From Blasia pusilla (Eukaryota), in the NCBI GenBank assembly GCA_050084515.1, contig CM114271.1:17112001-17176000 (forward strand): 64,000 nucleotides of DNA, given 5' to 3'. The translations under genes were made by a program, and so were the position numbers. Shown piece by piece: positions 12,900 through 23,637 of the stretch; position 1 is the stretch's first letter; every line of letters starts with the position of its first letter. Below the pieces are notes generated by a model, which worked only from the letters and a program-made list of their open reading frames with translations, searched no databases and had not been told where the DNA came from.

Positions 12900-13640
12900 C
12901 AATTCCTCAGGAGTTATAGGAGCTGCTTTGCGTTTAGCATGGAGGATTTGGGTACGCTGAAGGGACCGGGATCCACATTGAGTTATCGAGTGATACGCCG
13001 ATCTTCCGATGACCCTACAGGTATAGTGATATGGAGAGGGCTCTGATTCAGAGTAGGAGCCAGGACTTGGTCGGAGCAGGACTAGTGGAGATGTCGCATG
13101 GGGAGTATGCATCTGCCACTGTCATGCCCGCCAAGAAGGATGTGCATGGCAACTGGACGGATAGGCGGATGTGTGGGGATTTCCGACCTATCAATCGGCA
13201 CACAAAGTCCGATAGGTATGCCATGCCCACCCCTCAGGAGATCTTTAATGCGATTGGTCACGCAAAGGTCTTCAGTTCATTGGATCTACGAGCCGGATAC
13301 CATCAACTGCCTATCAGATTGGAGGATAGGCAGAAGACGGCATTTTGGGGCATCGATCCTCATGGGAAGGATTGTTTGTACCAGTGGCGGTTCTTGCCAT
13401 TTGGGTTAAAGAACGCCCGGCTGAGTTTCAAAGGGTCATGGATAGGATCTTGGCTGGTTTGGATTTTGCTAGGTGTTATATTGATGATATCGTAGTCTTT
13501 AGGGCCACGATTGAGGAGCATGAGCGACATCTAGAGGAGGTGTTTCGACGATTGTAATTACATGGGCTGAAGCTACATCCAGGTAAGTGCAAGTTCTTAT
13601 GCGACCAGATTGAGTACTTGGGTCATACGATGTACCCAGG
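12900..13640 (+). pseudogene. pol: Reverse transcriptase (Ty3/gypsy), disrupted
   Basis: RRMCGDFRPIN, FSSLDLRAGYHQ, KTAF, LPFGLKNA(P) and YIDD at 13477-13488. One frameshift near 13418 and a stop at 13555. Confidence 0.95.
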
Positions 13641-14300
13641 GGGCCTTGGTGTTCAACTGACGAAGGTAGAGGCTATCTCACACATTCCACACCATACAGA
13701 TGTGAGCCGTGTTCGCGCATTCATGGGATTGGCGAACTTCTATCGGACATACGTCAAGGGATTCAGTTCGATTGCGAAGCCGCTGACCTTGCTGACCAAG
13801 GTGGATCACGAGTGGCACTGTGGGGATGAGCACGAGCGAGCATTTCAGTTGCTCAAGGACAGGTTGACGTCTGTGCCCATCTTGAGGAGACCGATTAGGG
13901 GGCGTCCTTTCCAGTTGCACATAGGATTGGAGCATGTTGGGGCTTGGAGCAGTGCTCACCCAACATGATGATGAGGGTTGAGAGTTCGTGGTGGCTTATG
14001 CTAGCCGCTTGAACAACGCTGCAGAGGTGAAGTACAGCTCGTATGAGGATGAGTGCTTGGCTGCAGTGTGGGTTGTCGTGCATTTCAGGTTTTACTTATT
14101 CGGCAATCCCTTTACGATCATCACTGATCATCAACCACTGAAGTGGTTGATAGAGTCCGACAAGCTCATAGGGAAGCTTGCGAGATGGGCTCTGTTGTTG
14201 CAGGAATATGATTTTCAAGTGGTACATAGACCTGGGACGCTCAACCAGGATGCAGATGGGTTGAGTCGTAACCCATGCCCGAGTCAACGAGATGCGACTG
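13640..14300 (+). pseudogene. pol: RT connection and RNase H, disrupted
   Basis: VRAFMGLANFYRTYVKGFSSIAKPLTLLT, VAYASR, YSSYEDECLA, FTIITDHQPLKWL, LARWALLLQEYDF, NQDADGLSR. Confidence 0.93.
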
Positions 14301-14599
14301 GAGCTCGATGGCATGGAGAGAGTGATGAGGAGTCAGTGCCAAGATGGCACTGATGGCAGGATTTAGGCATGTTGGCTATGGAGAGCCAGAGTGTGGAGAC
14401 TTCGATGGCGAGGTCTAGTGGAGAGTCCTTGGATCCCGAGGCCAGTGAGGAGACGATAGGTGGCCGACATATTCATGATGATGGAGTAGTCTTGAAGTAC
14501 CTTCGTACTGGCAGCGTCGCGAGCACTGTGGGTGATAGAGAGCGAAATCGGATCCTACAGCAGGCCAGACGGTTCCGTTGGGAGAGGGCACATGTTTTG

Positions 14600-15532
14600 A
14601 GGGTTTGGGAGGATGGCAGAGTACGCGTAGTGCCACATCCTTTGCTGAGAGCACGACTAGTGCAGCATGCCCATGAGGAGTTGGGTCACTTTGGGGTGAA
14701 GCGGACGTACAGCTTGCTCCGTATTCAGTATTGGTGGCGAGGCATGCAGACTGACGTTCAGCAGTTTGTTGCCAAATGCATGGTGTGTGATCGGGTCCGA
14801 GCATCGTTTAATGCTCCGAGTCCACAGTTGCATCCATTACCGATCATGGGCTTAGGGTATAGATGGAGTTTGGATTTTGCAGGACCTTTGCCTTTGACGG
14901 ACCGTCACAGTCGTTATATATTGGTGATGGTCTAGCACTTCTCGAAGTGGATCGAGTTGGTTGCATTGCCTGACAAAGCGAGTGAGGGAGTAGCTTATGC
15001 CTTCCTTGACAGAGTGCTGAGTCATTATGGCGCACTGGCTCAGGTGTTGACAGACCAGGGTACCGAGTTTCGCGATGAGTTCCAGGCCTTGTGTGATCAG
15101 ACGCTCATCGACCATCGTACGACTTCGCGAGATCATCCCGAGGCGGATGGATTAGCGGAGAGAGTTTTACAAATGGTGAAGAGGGGTTTATGCAAGTATG
15201 GCTTGCAAAGAGGTCACCTAGGAGATTGGGACCTCCAGTTGCCCTGGTTGGCGATGGGATACAGATTCAGCATGCAGGCATCCTTAGCGTCTTTTTCACC
15301 GTACTTGCTACTTTATGGCCAAGAGCCAGATTTACCTGCGGCCATTCGTCGAGATGTTGGTAAGGTGTTGGACCTTGATGACCCAGATGTATGGATGCGA
15401 GCATGTTCTCAGAGGGATGAGTTGTTTCAAAGAGTGATGCCCATGGCGTTCGAGAACTTGGCGATTGCGCAACATCGGGATACGTTGAGGTATGCGACTA
15501 TTCGGGGTGGTGGTTATCGACCAACTATCTAG
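14600..15532 (+). pseudogene. pol: DDE integrase with HHCC zinc domain, disrupted
   Basis: HAHEELGHFG...YWWRGM...CMVC zinc finger; WSLDFAGPLP, VLTDQGTEF and DGLAER catalytic segments; internal TAG at 14933. Confidence 0.95.
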
Positions 15533-15768
15533 AGGTTTCATAAGGAGATTATGTCTACTTGCAGCAGACGGCACCTACGACATTGGATGTGATTGCAGGG
15601 CACACTATCTTGAGAGTGCGTTACGTTTTTCCATCCGGTGTTCTCTTGCTGGAGGGACACGATGGTATGGTATGGAAGGACCATGTGCGTAATTGTGCAC
15701 GATGTCACCTTCCTAACATTGATGGTACAATGGATTCGAGCTTAGCAGTAGTTCCTGCAGGCTTGCGT

Positions 15769-15903
15769 TGTATGTTGTGTGGTTCTGCCCGTGGTGCGGC
15801 CACAATGCTTGTCTATGATGGTTGTTCGAGAGGTTGGCATATGGCATGTCTGACGCCACCTCTCACTAGGGTTCCTCGGGGACAATAGATGTGTCCCAGA
15901 TGT
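15769..15903 (+). pseudogene. C-terminal PHD finger of pol
   Basis: CMLCGSARGAATMLVYDGCSRGWHMACLTPPLTRVPRGQ*MCPRC fits C4HC3, with one Cys->Tyr change and a stop at the conserved Trp position. Confidence 0.88.
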
Positions 15904-16086
15904 ACATAGAGGAGATATTAGGTAGGTTTCGATCCCGACTTTTTCTCTAAGATGAATGATAGGAAGACGACTAACGATGGGGCCACATGAGCACCCGGCT
16001 TTCTTGCTCTTAGCGTCCGAGAGATGTATGTCATGGTAGGTAGGGATAGATGGCTATATGGAGTTAGAGGGACCTAACCACTAGCT

Positions 16087-16093
16087 AGGGGGG
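16087..16093 (+). promoter_or_regulatory. Putative short polypurine tract
   Basis: agggggg immediately upstream of repeat B1, not upstream of A2. Confidence 0.45.
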
Positions 16094-16095
16094 CG

Positions 16096-16206
16096 ATTGG
16101 AGATATTTTGGTACTTCTTGTCTCGTTGTTTGGATTCCATGAGTTAACATGGGATCGTACGTGTTTGTGTGTGTGTTCGGTGACAGCGATGTGTATGCGT
16201 ACGATA
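16096..16206 (+). repeat. Terminal repeat B1
   Basis: attggagatattttggtacttcttgtctcg...gcgatgtgtatgcgtacgata matches 16735-16862 (~8 substitutions plus a 17-nt indel). Confidence 0.9.
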
Positions 16207-16208
16207 GT

Positions 16209-16862
16209 TGTCACGTCCTTTAGGATAGATCCATAAGATCTAGTAGAGCGTCTTCAAGAGTAGTGGAGGACAAGCCTAGGAGGTCGAGGATGACCTGCTG
16301 AGGCCCCGGGAAACCTGAGAGAGCAGGTTTCCCCTTCATTTTGGCTCATTTGGAGCCATATTGAGGAACTTACTATTTTAGGTAAGTACCATTTTGAGTA
16401 TATGATCGACTTTATATTTTTGGTAAGTGGCCCTTGACCTCCTACATCAGGTCAAGAGCCAAGGAGGTGACTTGGGAGAATAGGTTACCATGGAGAGAGC
16501 TTGGGAGAGGGGAGGGATGTATATCCCAAGGAGAGAGAGCTTGAGAGCTCATTCTCTCTTTGTTGAACCTCTTGGCATGAGGCAGCGGAGCTATGGTCCC
16601 TTGCCTTGTGAGTGTAACCCAAGCCTCTCATTAGGAGAGTGGGTTTGGTTTGACATGAAAGAGAGTGCACACCTTTGAGAGCTATGGTGTAAGATTGTGT
16701 AGAGAGAGATTGGATCTTACTTTACAAAGAGAGAATTGGAGATATTTTGGTACTTCTTGTCTCGTTGTTTGGATGCCATGAGTTAGCATGTGATCGTGCG
16801 TGTTTGTGTGTGTGTTCGGTAACAACGATGTATGTTGTGTAGCGATGTGTATGCGCATGACA
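16209..16862 (+). repeat. 3' terminal block A2 (16209-16736) + B2 (16735-16862)
   Basis: A2 matches A1. B2 matches B1 and ends TGACA next to the TSD. Confidence 0.92.
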
Positions 16863-16903
16863 ATCGTTTTCATGGTGAGTAAGCAAAAAAAAAGGGCCTT
16901 AGT

Positions 16904-16906
<3 letters not shown>

Positions 16907-16954
<48 letters not shown>
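16907..16954. repeat. (TA)n microsatellite
   Basis: Pure TA run. Confidence 0.95.
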
Positions 16955-16957
<3 letters not shown>

Positions 16958-19900
16958 CAGAGAATGTGTATTTTCCCCATCAATGTATTAAAAAGATGTC
17001 TAGATTTCCTTATGCATATTATCTCTATAATATATATCGGGATTCTACCCTATACGTGATGTTGACATCATCCTAACGAATGTCTTCAAGCTTTTTTTTT
17101 TTCCTTGATGTGAAACAAAATCCATAATTCTCGTTTCCTTTTACTTCTTGCATAAAATCCAAACCTTTGTTACAACGTAATGACCACCATATCGAAGCAA
17201 GATATGCCATCACTTGGAGTCGGGCATGCATATCTATGCCTTGCATATTCTTCTACTCCTCTATTCTAAATAATATAAGGACTCTTACCATAAAATATAT
17301 TTCTTAGACATGTCATGAGCCTACTCCTTTTCAAAGTCAATCCTCCGTTGAATGTCGGGGGAGGATGATCAGCTCCTCATTGGGGAGATGTCTGTTATCC
17401 TGTCAACACACCCATACGGAGGAATGGGTTCTCGCATGGGTCAGGCCATAAATTGCGGACTCAGCACTAAAACCAATAAGAAAATCGAAGCAGGAACACC
17501 TCAGGAGCGGCACTGACCATCGTGTCCTACGGCTCTGTTTGCCATGGAGAGTGGTGAAGATGCCATGTACAGAGGTGGAACTGGGAGAGTGATCAGGGCT
17601 CCCATTTTGAAGGATTTCGCGGGAGCGGAGCTGTAAGTGCCGGCGGTGGACATCATCTATCTTATCTTTACCATCACCTCAACCACAAGGCATGGCCTCT
17701 CGTTTCCGTGCGAGCTAATGTTACCGACTCCTGTGCTACGATTCTTGCCATTTGGTCGAGTTCGTTCTGCCCATTTCTTTGGGATGCACGAAGAACCAGC
17801 CCCTGACATGTTGTTGTGTACCTAGGAACAATTCTCGAGCATTTTGAGAATAGTAGTGTAGAATAGTCGATGTTCCTTAGACACTTGAGTGGGTCGTTTG
17901 TGGAAAGAAACAGAAACCTGCAGCGGAGTACGGAGAGAGAATCATTCTTGTCTCGTGCATCACTCTGATGGCGCTCGCCAGAAGGGTACATGGAATTCCA
18001 CGTTTCTGGATGTGCAACTGTCTGGTCTGTTGGACGTGTGCTTGTGTTAGTAATGCCGATAACTTCCGTCTAACTTGTCTCTTCTAAGGAACAGATGCCA
18101 TAAATTGTAATCGCACGTATACCAATGCAGCCACTGTTTTCCATCTTCGCTTAAAAGCATCTCGTTTTGATGACAGCGCGGCTAGCGAGACCCCGACTGA
18201 AAACGATTCTATGGAAGTTCAGTGACGATATACGTCTAGAAGATCAAGGAAATATTCTTTTATCAATAATACAGAGATACCACTCCATAGTACAGCACTG
18301 AACCTCCTACTCTGCAAACACTCGACAGTCCAAACCAATGTACAGTGACTGTCAAAAGGGGAGCGCTTTCAGCCTACACTGCTTTGACACGCGGAGTCTT
18401 TCAAGTACTTTGTCCCCTGCAGCTTCACGGATCACCTACGGGCAAGAGGACCCTGGCCCGAGCCAGACTGCAAGACCGGGACTAGCAGTGACGACGGGTA
18501 CGGAGTGCGGACACCCTCGCCTGGGTCGCTCGGGTCGCGGAACCTGGGCAGTGAGGTATGTCGGGCATGTGGCACGGGCAGATGACGCGAGTCAAGCAGA
18601 TGTCAAAAGCTTAAATAAATTAATCATCATTGCTAACCTGTGCAGCTCACCGTTATCCACTCGTGTTTGATGAAGAGATAACACACTTGGGCATCTGTTG
18701 TTGGCCCAAGTATGACACGATGAAATGGGAATTACTAGTTTGATATCTCAAGACTGCATGGATCATGTTCAACAGGAACATAATATGGAAATTAACAGTA
18801 AGTAGTAGCTTTTCAAAACATTCAACTGCACTTCATCATGTGTTGATCTAAAGTCCTTTAATGATCTATATTATTATTGAGAGGGTTTCTCTGATTCGCC
18901 AACACCTATCTCGATGAGTCCATTTGGCTCCCATGCATGTGTACTTATACACATGTGTATAACAAGTGAATAAGAACAAAGTCTTCTATATTATGGGCGG
19001 CAAGAATTTAAAATTTTTTTTGTGTGCTCCGTGCACGGTTCTTTACGGTTCTCATGTGATATTCTGTGATAGTCTTGCGCTAGTGTAGTATAAGTGTGAT
19101 GGTCATGCACTGGTGATACATACTAGACAAGTCGCAAGGATACTATTTCCATCAGATCTCTTCTTGGGCGTATCACACAAAAGAGTATTGCATATTTTCG
19201 TGTGTATGACAATGTTCTCGATTGGGCGGAACTTTATGATAAAAAGCTAGCAATCATCTCCAGGATGAAAATCACCCTTAGGAAAGGAATTTATTCATCC
19301 TCTTCTGTTACTCTCCTCAGCACCGGAGGATGGGGGTCCTCAAACCCAATTCTCTTTAAATTATTTAGAAATTCATAATGGTCCCAACTGTCCAATGGAC
19401 CTCACACGAGCACCAAACCGAGACCCAATTAAATACATGAGTCGCAAGTTGGAATCAAATAGTGACCTCCGAAATCCACTCTATTGGACTTGGTTCAGGT
19501 TTCGAATCCCAACACCAAGTCTTCCGATCCATTCCGTGCCCTTGGGTCACCTTACGGCCTCCCAAAGTGGGGTTCGAGTCCCAAGCACTTTGAAGACCTT
19601 CCCCCTTACTAGTACTTGGGGGATTCTCAGCCCTCCTACTATCCTTTGGGAAAAGATGTTTGGGGAAATCGTTTTGGCCCTCAACTCAACTTCCCTTATA
19701 CTTGTTTTCAAGAAGTTTCTCAATCTCTACTTGTGCCTTTGCTAAGATCTTTGATGCTTGGAACCGGATTTGCATAAGATTTCCAACGCCAACTTTTTTG
19801 TCCAAAACGTATCTTGGGACTAAAATTTATGGTCCAAAATACAGTCAAAATCCCAACCGCTAGTCACGTTCTAAATCCGGTTCTCACCTCTTTGGCAACC

Positions 19901-21571
19901 AACCTTCCTAGACTCAACTCCTCTCAAGTCTTCGTTCACGTTTCGTTCCGATTTCCTAGTCGCAACCATAAATGCATGAACGCTGACCCTTGTTCGCGTC
20001 TCATCACTTGTGTCTCTTATGTCTCTTCCAAGAGACCACTCCAACATGTAAACCATCCTAGTATGAGCAAACTAGAGTTCTGATGTTTTGCTTGGCGTTC
20101 GTTTTGTTATGAGGGTCGCGATATGTTGAGTGTCATTCCTAACACATTTATAAATTTTGCCACAAGAACAATAGATGTTGAAAGTAGAGCAACGATACAA
20201 TTGTCCATCCATAAGCATGTTGCAATTTTTGTAATCCTCCATTTCCACTTGCCAATGTAGGGAATTTTGTTCAACGTTGTATGGCTTCAATTCGTGTTGT
20301 ACGGATGCTCACACCACCTAGAGATTTCAAATGCAAGGTTAAGTTTGAGAGAGTTTTTGGAAAGGGGAGGAACTCTACATTCAAAAGCTTATGTATTTGT
20401 GGAATTCGAATTGGACATTGCAACTAAGAGAGAGGTTGAATCAAGTGATGGAAAACAACTTCCATGATGACCTCTCCAACATAACATGTGAAATGATCAC
20501 ACGGTACCCAACCATATTAAGAGACCAATACAAAAAAAGACGAGATTTATCTCCAAAAAAAAAATTGGATGAGGGAGAGTGGAAGATCGCTTTATCTCAA
20601 CGCCTTAAACCCTCCGAGGCCCCCTCTTGCTAGTACTCCCTCATTGCCCATCTCTTATATACTATGAAGGCATGAGCCTCCTTCTTGGAACCGGTAAGTG
20701 GGCACTTACCTTAAGGGATGAAACCTTCTTCAATTCGAGAAGGCCACGTTACTCCTTCCTACTTCGAAACATACTTAGTTTCGTACACGTAACATGTTAA
20801 AAACAGAAATTTTTTTAAATCGATATTTATATATTGTGCATCATACAAGAAGCTTACTAGTAGTCCACATAGCCACATCATAGACTTGGGAAGTTGATGT
20901 GTAGATACCTCATGGCACTTAACAATTCAATCTCCACAAAACAAGGCAAGATACTCCACATATTTCCTTTTGATCCTACCATATTTGGCGAATTTAGAGT
21001 TAGGTCCAAAATATGAAAAAGATCTAAAATATGAAAAAACATTAAAAGGAATTATTATACCACATTTGGCTTTAAAAATCACTTAAGAAAGCATTAAAAA
21101 TATGAGGAAATTAATATGCACAAACGCCACATGCTACGTCCAAGGCCTTTTCTGTTAAAGGATTGTCAATCTAGTCTGTGTGGCCATGAGATAACTTGCA
21201 GGGCTAAATAACCCCTGATAATAATAGTGCTTGCGTGTCCTGATCCGATGGGACACGCATCAATTTGTTATTTTTCGGCCGGTCTGCCGTCCCATCCACC
21301 GGGCAGCCTCATCCAGAAGGTGCCCGGAGTGATTCTGTCGAATCGACGTATATCAAAGCTCCAGTGAGGCTGATGGCCGTCCGATCTATAATTCGGTCAG
21401 TTTGTGCGGAGAACGTCGAGTAGTTACGGCGCGCGAAGGGCCGTCGGATCGACCGACTGATACATTATGTACCATCCGATTCAGATCTCAACGTGAGAAC
21501 ACATTGTGGGTCCGTGATCGGATCGACGGTTACTCGAATTGGTGGGCAAGACTCTGACGGTGAGTAGATAA

Positions 21572-22574
21572 CCGTAAGATCATAGATCTAACGGCTATTA
21601 GGTGACTCAGATGTGGAGTACTGAATGAGCGCGCAAGACGAATGAGCCAATGGTGACGGAGCGTACATCGAGATAGATTCTAACCGTCAGATTTTAAATC
21701 TAACGGCCTTACGAGTATCAGACGTGGACTAGGGAATGGTGCGCACGGACGGCTAAAGCATCCTGTAAAGATCGCCCGGTGGGCTCAGACATCGCGGTGG
21801 GTGACGTCCCCGACGGCAGAATCAGAAACCCACACGTGATCAGGAAACCTCCGTCGGCGTACCAGCGCGGACGGCTCGGATGGGCGAAATCCAACGGTCT
21901 CGGATGGGCGGAATCCCCGGGGTCACTTCCGGGGACGGGGAATCACCACTGTACCAACTCGTCGCCACCGGTAAGCTCCGAACGTTCTCTTTCACGGCCC
22001 GTGAATCGATCACGGGCCGCACTTCCCATGGGCCCCGGCTCGCTCTGATCCACGGTTCCTCGGCTCGGTAGGGAAGACGGATGGTATATCGTAAAAGGAA
22101 TTGGAACTGTCAGATCTGAGATCGCACGGCGGTGCTGTGGACGACATATTCACATAACTCCTACTGTAGGTGGTCATGGACGGAAGGAATTCCACGGAAT
22201 CGGAGGACGACGACGACGTGGGGAAGACGAATAGAAAATCGAGGTAGGGAACCGTCGGATCGGAGATCGCACGGGGATGCTGCGAACGGGATATGCACTC
22301 GTGAGTTCGTGCGCCACTCGGTGGTGATCATGGACGGAAGAAGACTGGAGGTCGTACGGAAGACGGACTGTAAATCTCGACACGCATACTAGCGGTCGGA
22401 TCTGCGATCGCACGGCGGAGCTATGGATGGAATGTTCACTCGTGATTGCGGCGTGGTGATGGACGGAATAAGTGCTTCGGACATTGAGGAGGACGTAGGG
22501 ACGACGGCCTCGGTAGCGTAGACGGACGGTACATCGCGACAGCCATCCTAACCGTCAGATAGGAGATCTCACGG
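21572..22574. promoter_or_regulatory. Array of 23-bp dyad motifs CCGTCRGAT-N5-ATCNNACGG within diverged tandem units, upstream of the saposin gene
   Basis: Six copies with a fixed 5-nt spacer at 21572, 21684, 22107, 22252, 22393 and 22552. The regulatory role is inferred. Confidence 0.55.
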
Positions 22575-23637
22575 CCGTGCTCTTGACAGCATATACACTC
22601 GCGACTGCGCGGTGGGCACGGACGGAAGAAGTGCTACGGAATAGTACTAGGAAGACGAGGAGAAGGAGGAAGTTGCGATCACGAGCGAAGCAAAGCATCG
22701 CATTGCATTGCGTTGCAGAGCAGAGAAGAGCAGAAGAGAGCGTGAAGGCGCAGGGATTCGTCGAGCGTTTGATCCGAGACGTACGCCTTTCTCTGCCGAT
22801 GGTGGCATTCTAAACGATCAGGCGGAGCGGAGCTGTGGATGGTGTCGCGATATTGCTGTTTTAGGTCGCTTTCCGACTCAGTGGCTTCTTCGTGGTGGTA
22901 GGTTCCTGGACGTGTTTGGGTGTTTGTTTCTGTGTTTGTGTGCGCGTTTTCGGTCCCCAGCTAGAGGCAGATTCCGTCGGATTCGCGCTGCGGATTTCCG
23001 GGCCGTTCAGCTGTGCGTGGTTGGTTTGTTTCATTGGAAAATGATGCAAGTATTTGGTGCCCGGGGTATGCATTCGAGGGAGTCGGTTTTGGCGCTTGTA
23101 TGTAGGTCACGTGCCACGGTTTATTTGCGTGCCTTGAGGAGAGGTTTTTAATTCAGGAGATGTGGATTTAGTGGAGGGGGGAGTTTTCAGTAGGAATTGA
23201 CAAGCGATCAGCCCGTCTCGCTGTTATTCTCGACGGTGCGTTTACCGTGAATCACTCTAATCGCTTAGGCGATGTTTTGAAGCTGAGGAGTCGGGTGTGT
23301 GCTAATTTGGGGTTTTTGTCTGTCCTCGGCATAACTCTAGGGTAGGTTTTACCGATCATGAACGAGATGGTAGCGACGCGCGTTGGATTCATCGTATAAG
23401 GAAGCTTCTAATTGAAAGCGAGCCGTCGTTTGTGTGTGTTTACTTGGGAGTAGATTCCGCATCCAGGAGAGTGGAGGTAGCGGAGAGACGGGAATGGATA
23501 ATAGGCGTTCGGAAATGTGTTTAGAATTGTCCCTGTCCCACTTAGAAACAAAGTTAGAGGTAAACTGCTCTGTGTAGATATCTGAATTGTGGAAGTGTGG
23601 CAGATATCTTGTTCCACAGGAGACCGAAATCCTCAAA

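Larger units (their letters stand above)
6556..16862 (+). mobile_element. Ty3/gypsy retrotransposon carrying DNMT and PHD domains, full length but degenerate
   Basis: Termini TGTCA (6556) ... TGACA (16862). 4-bp TSD ATCG at 6552-6555 and 16863-16866. Domain order Gag-PR-DNMT-RT-RH-INT-PHD, with many stops and frameshifts. Confidence 0.95.

Noticed and set aside
16096-16862. DIRS/PAT/Ngaro tyrosine-recombinase element, suggested by the split repeats
   Set aside because: The element encodes an HHCC-DDE integrase and an aspartic protease, has TG..CA ends and a TSD, and no tyrosine-recombinase motifs were seen.
17400-17830. Possible gene or integrase fragment (a + frame reads WNWESDQGSHF)
   Set aside because: Only a short motif resemblance; the flanks do not match integrase and the frames contain stops.
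19300-20800. Probable old repeat debris (also 27100-28800 and 38200-39450)
   Set aside because: No termini, TSD or protein motifs I could support.
21572-22640. CRISPR-like repeat-spacer array
   Set aside because: Eukaryotic context, degenerate repeats, long spacers homologous to one another and no cas genes.
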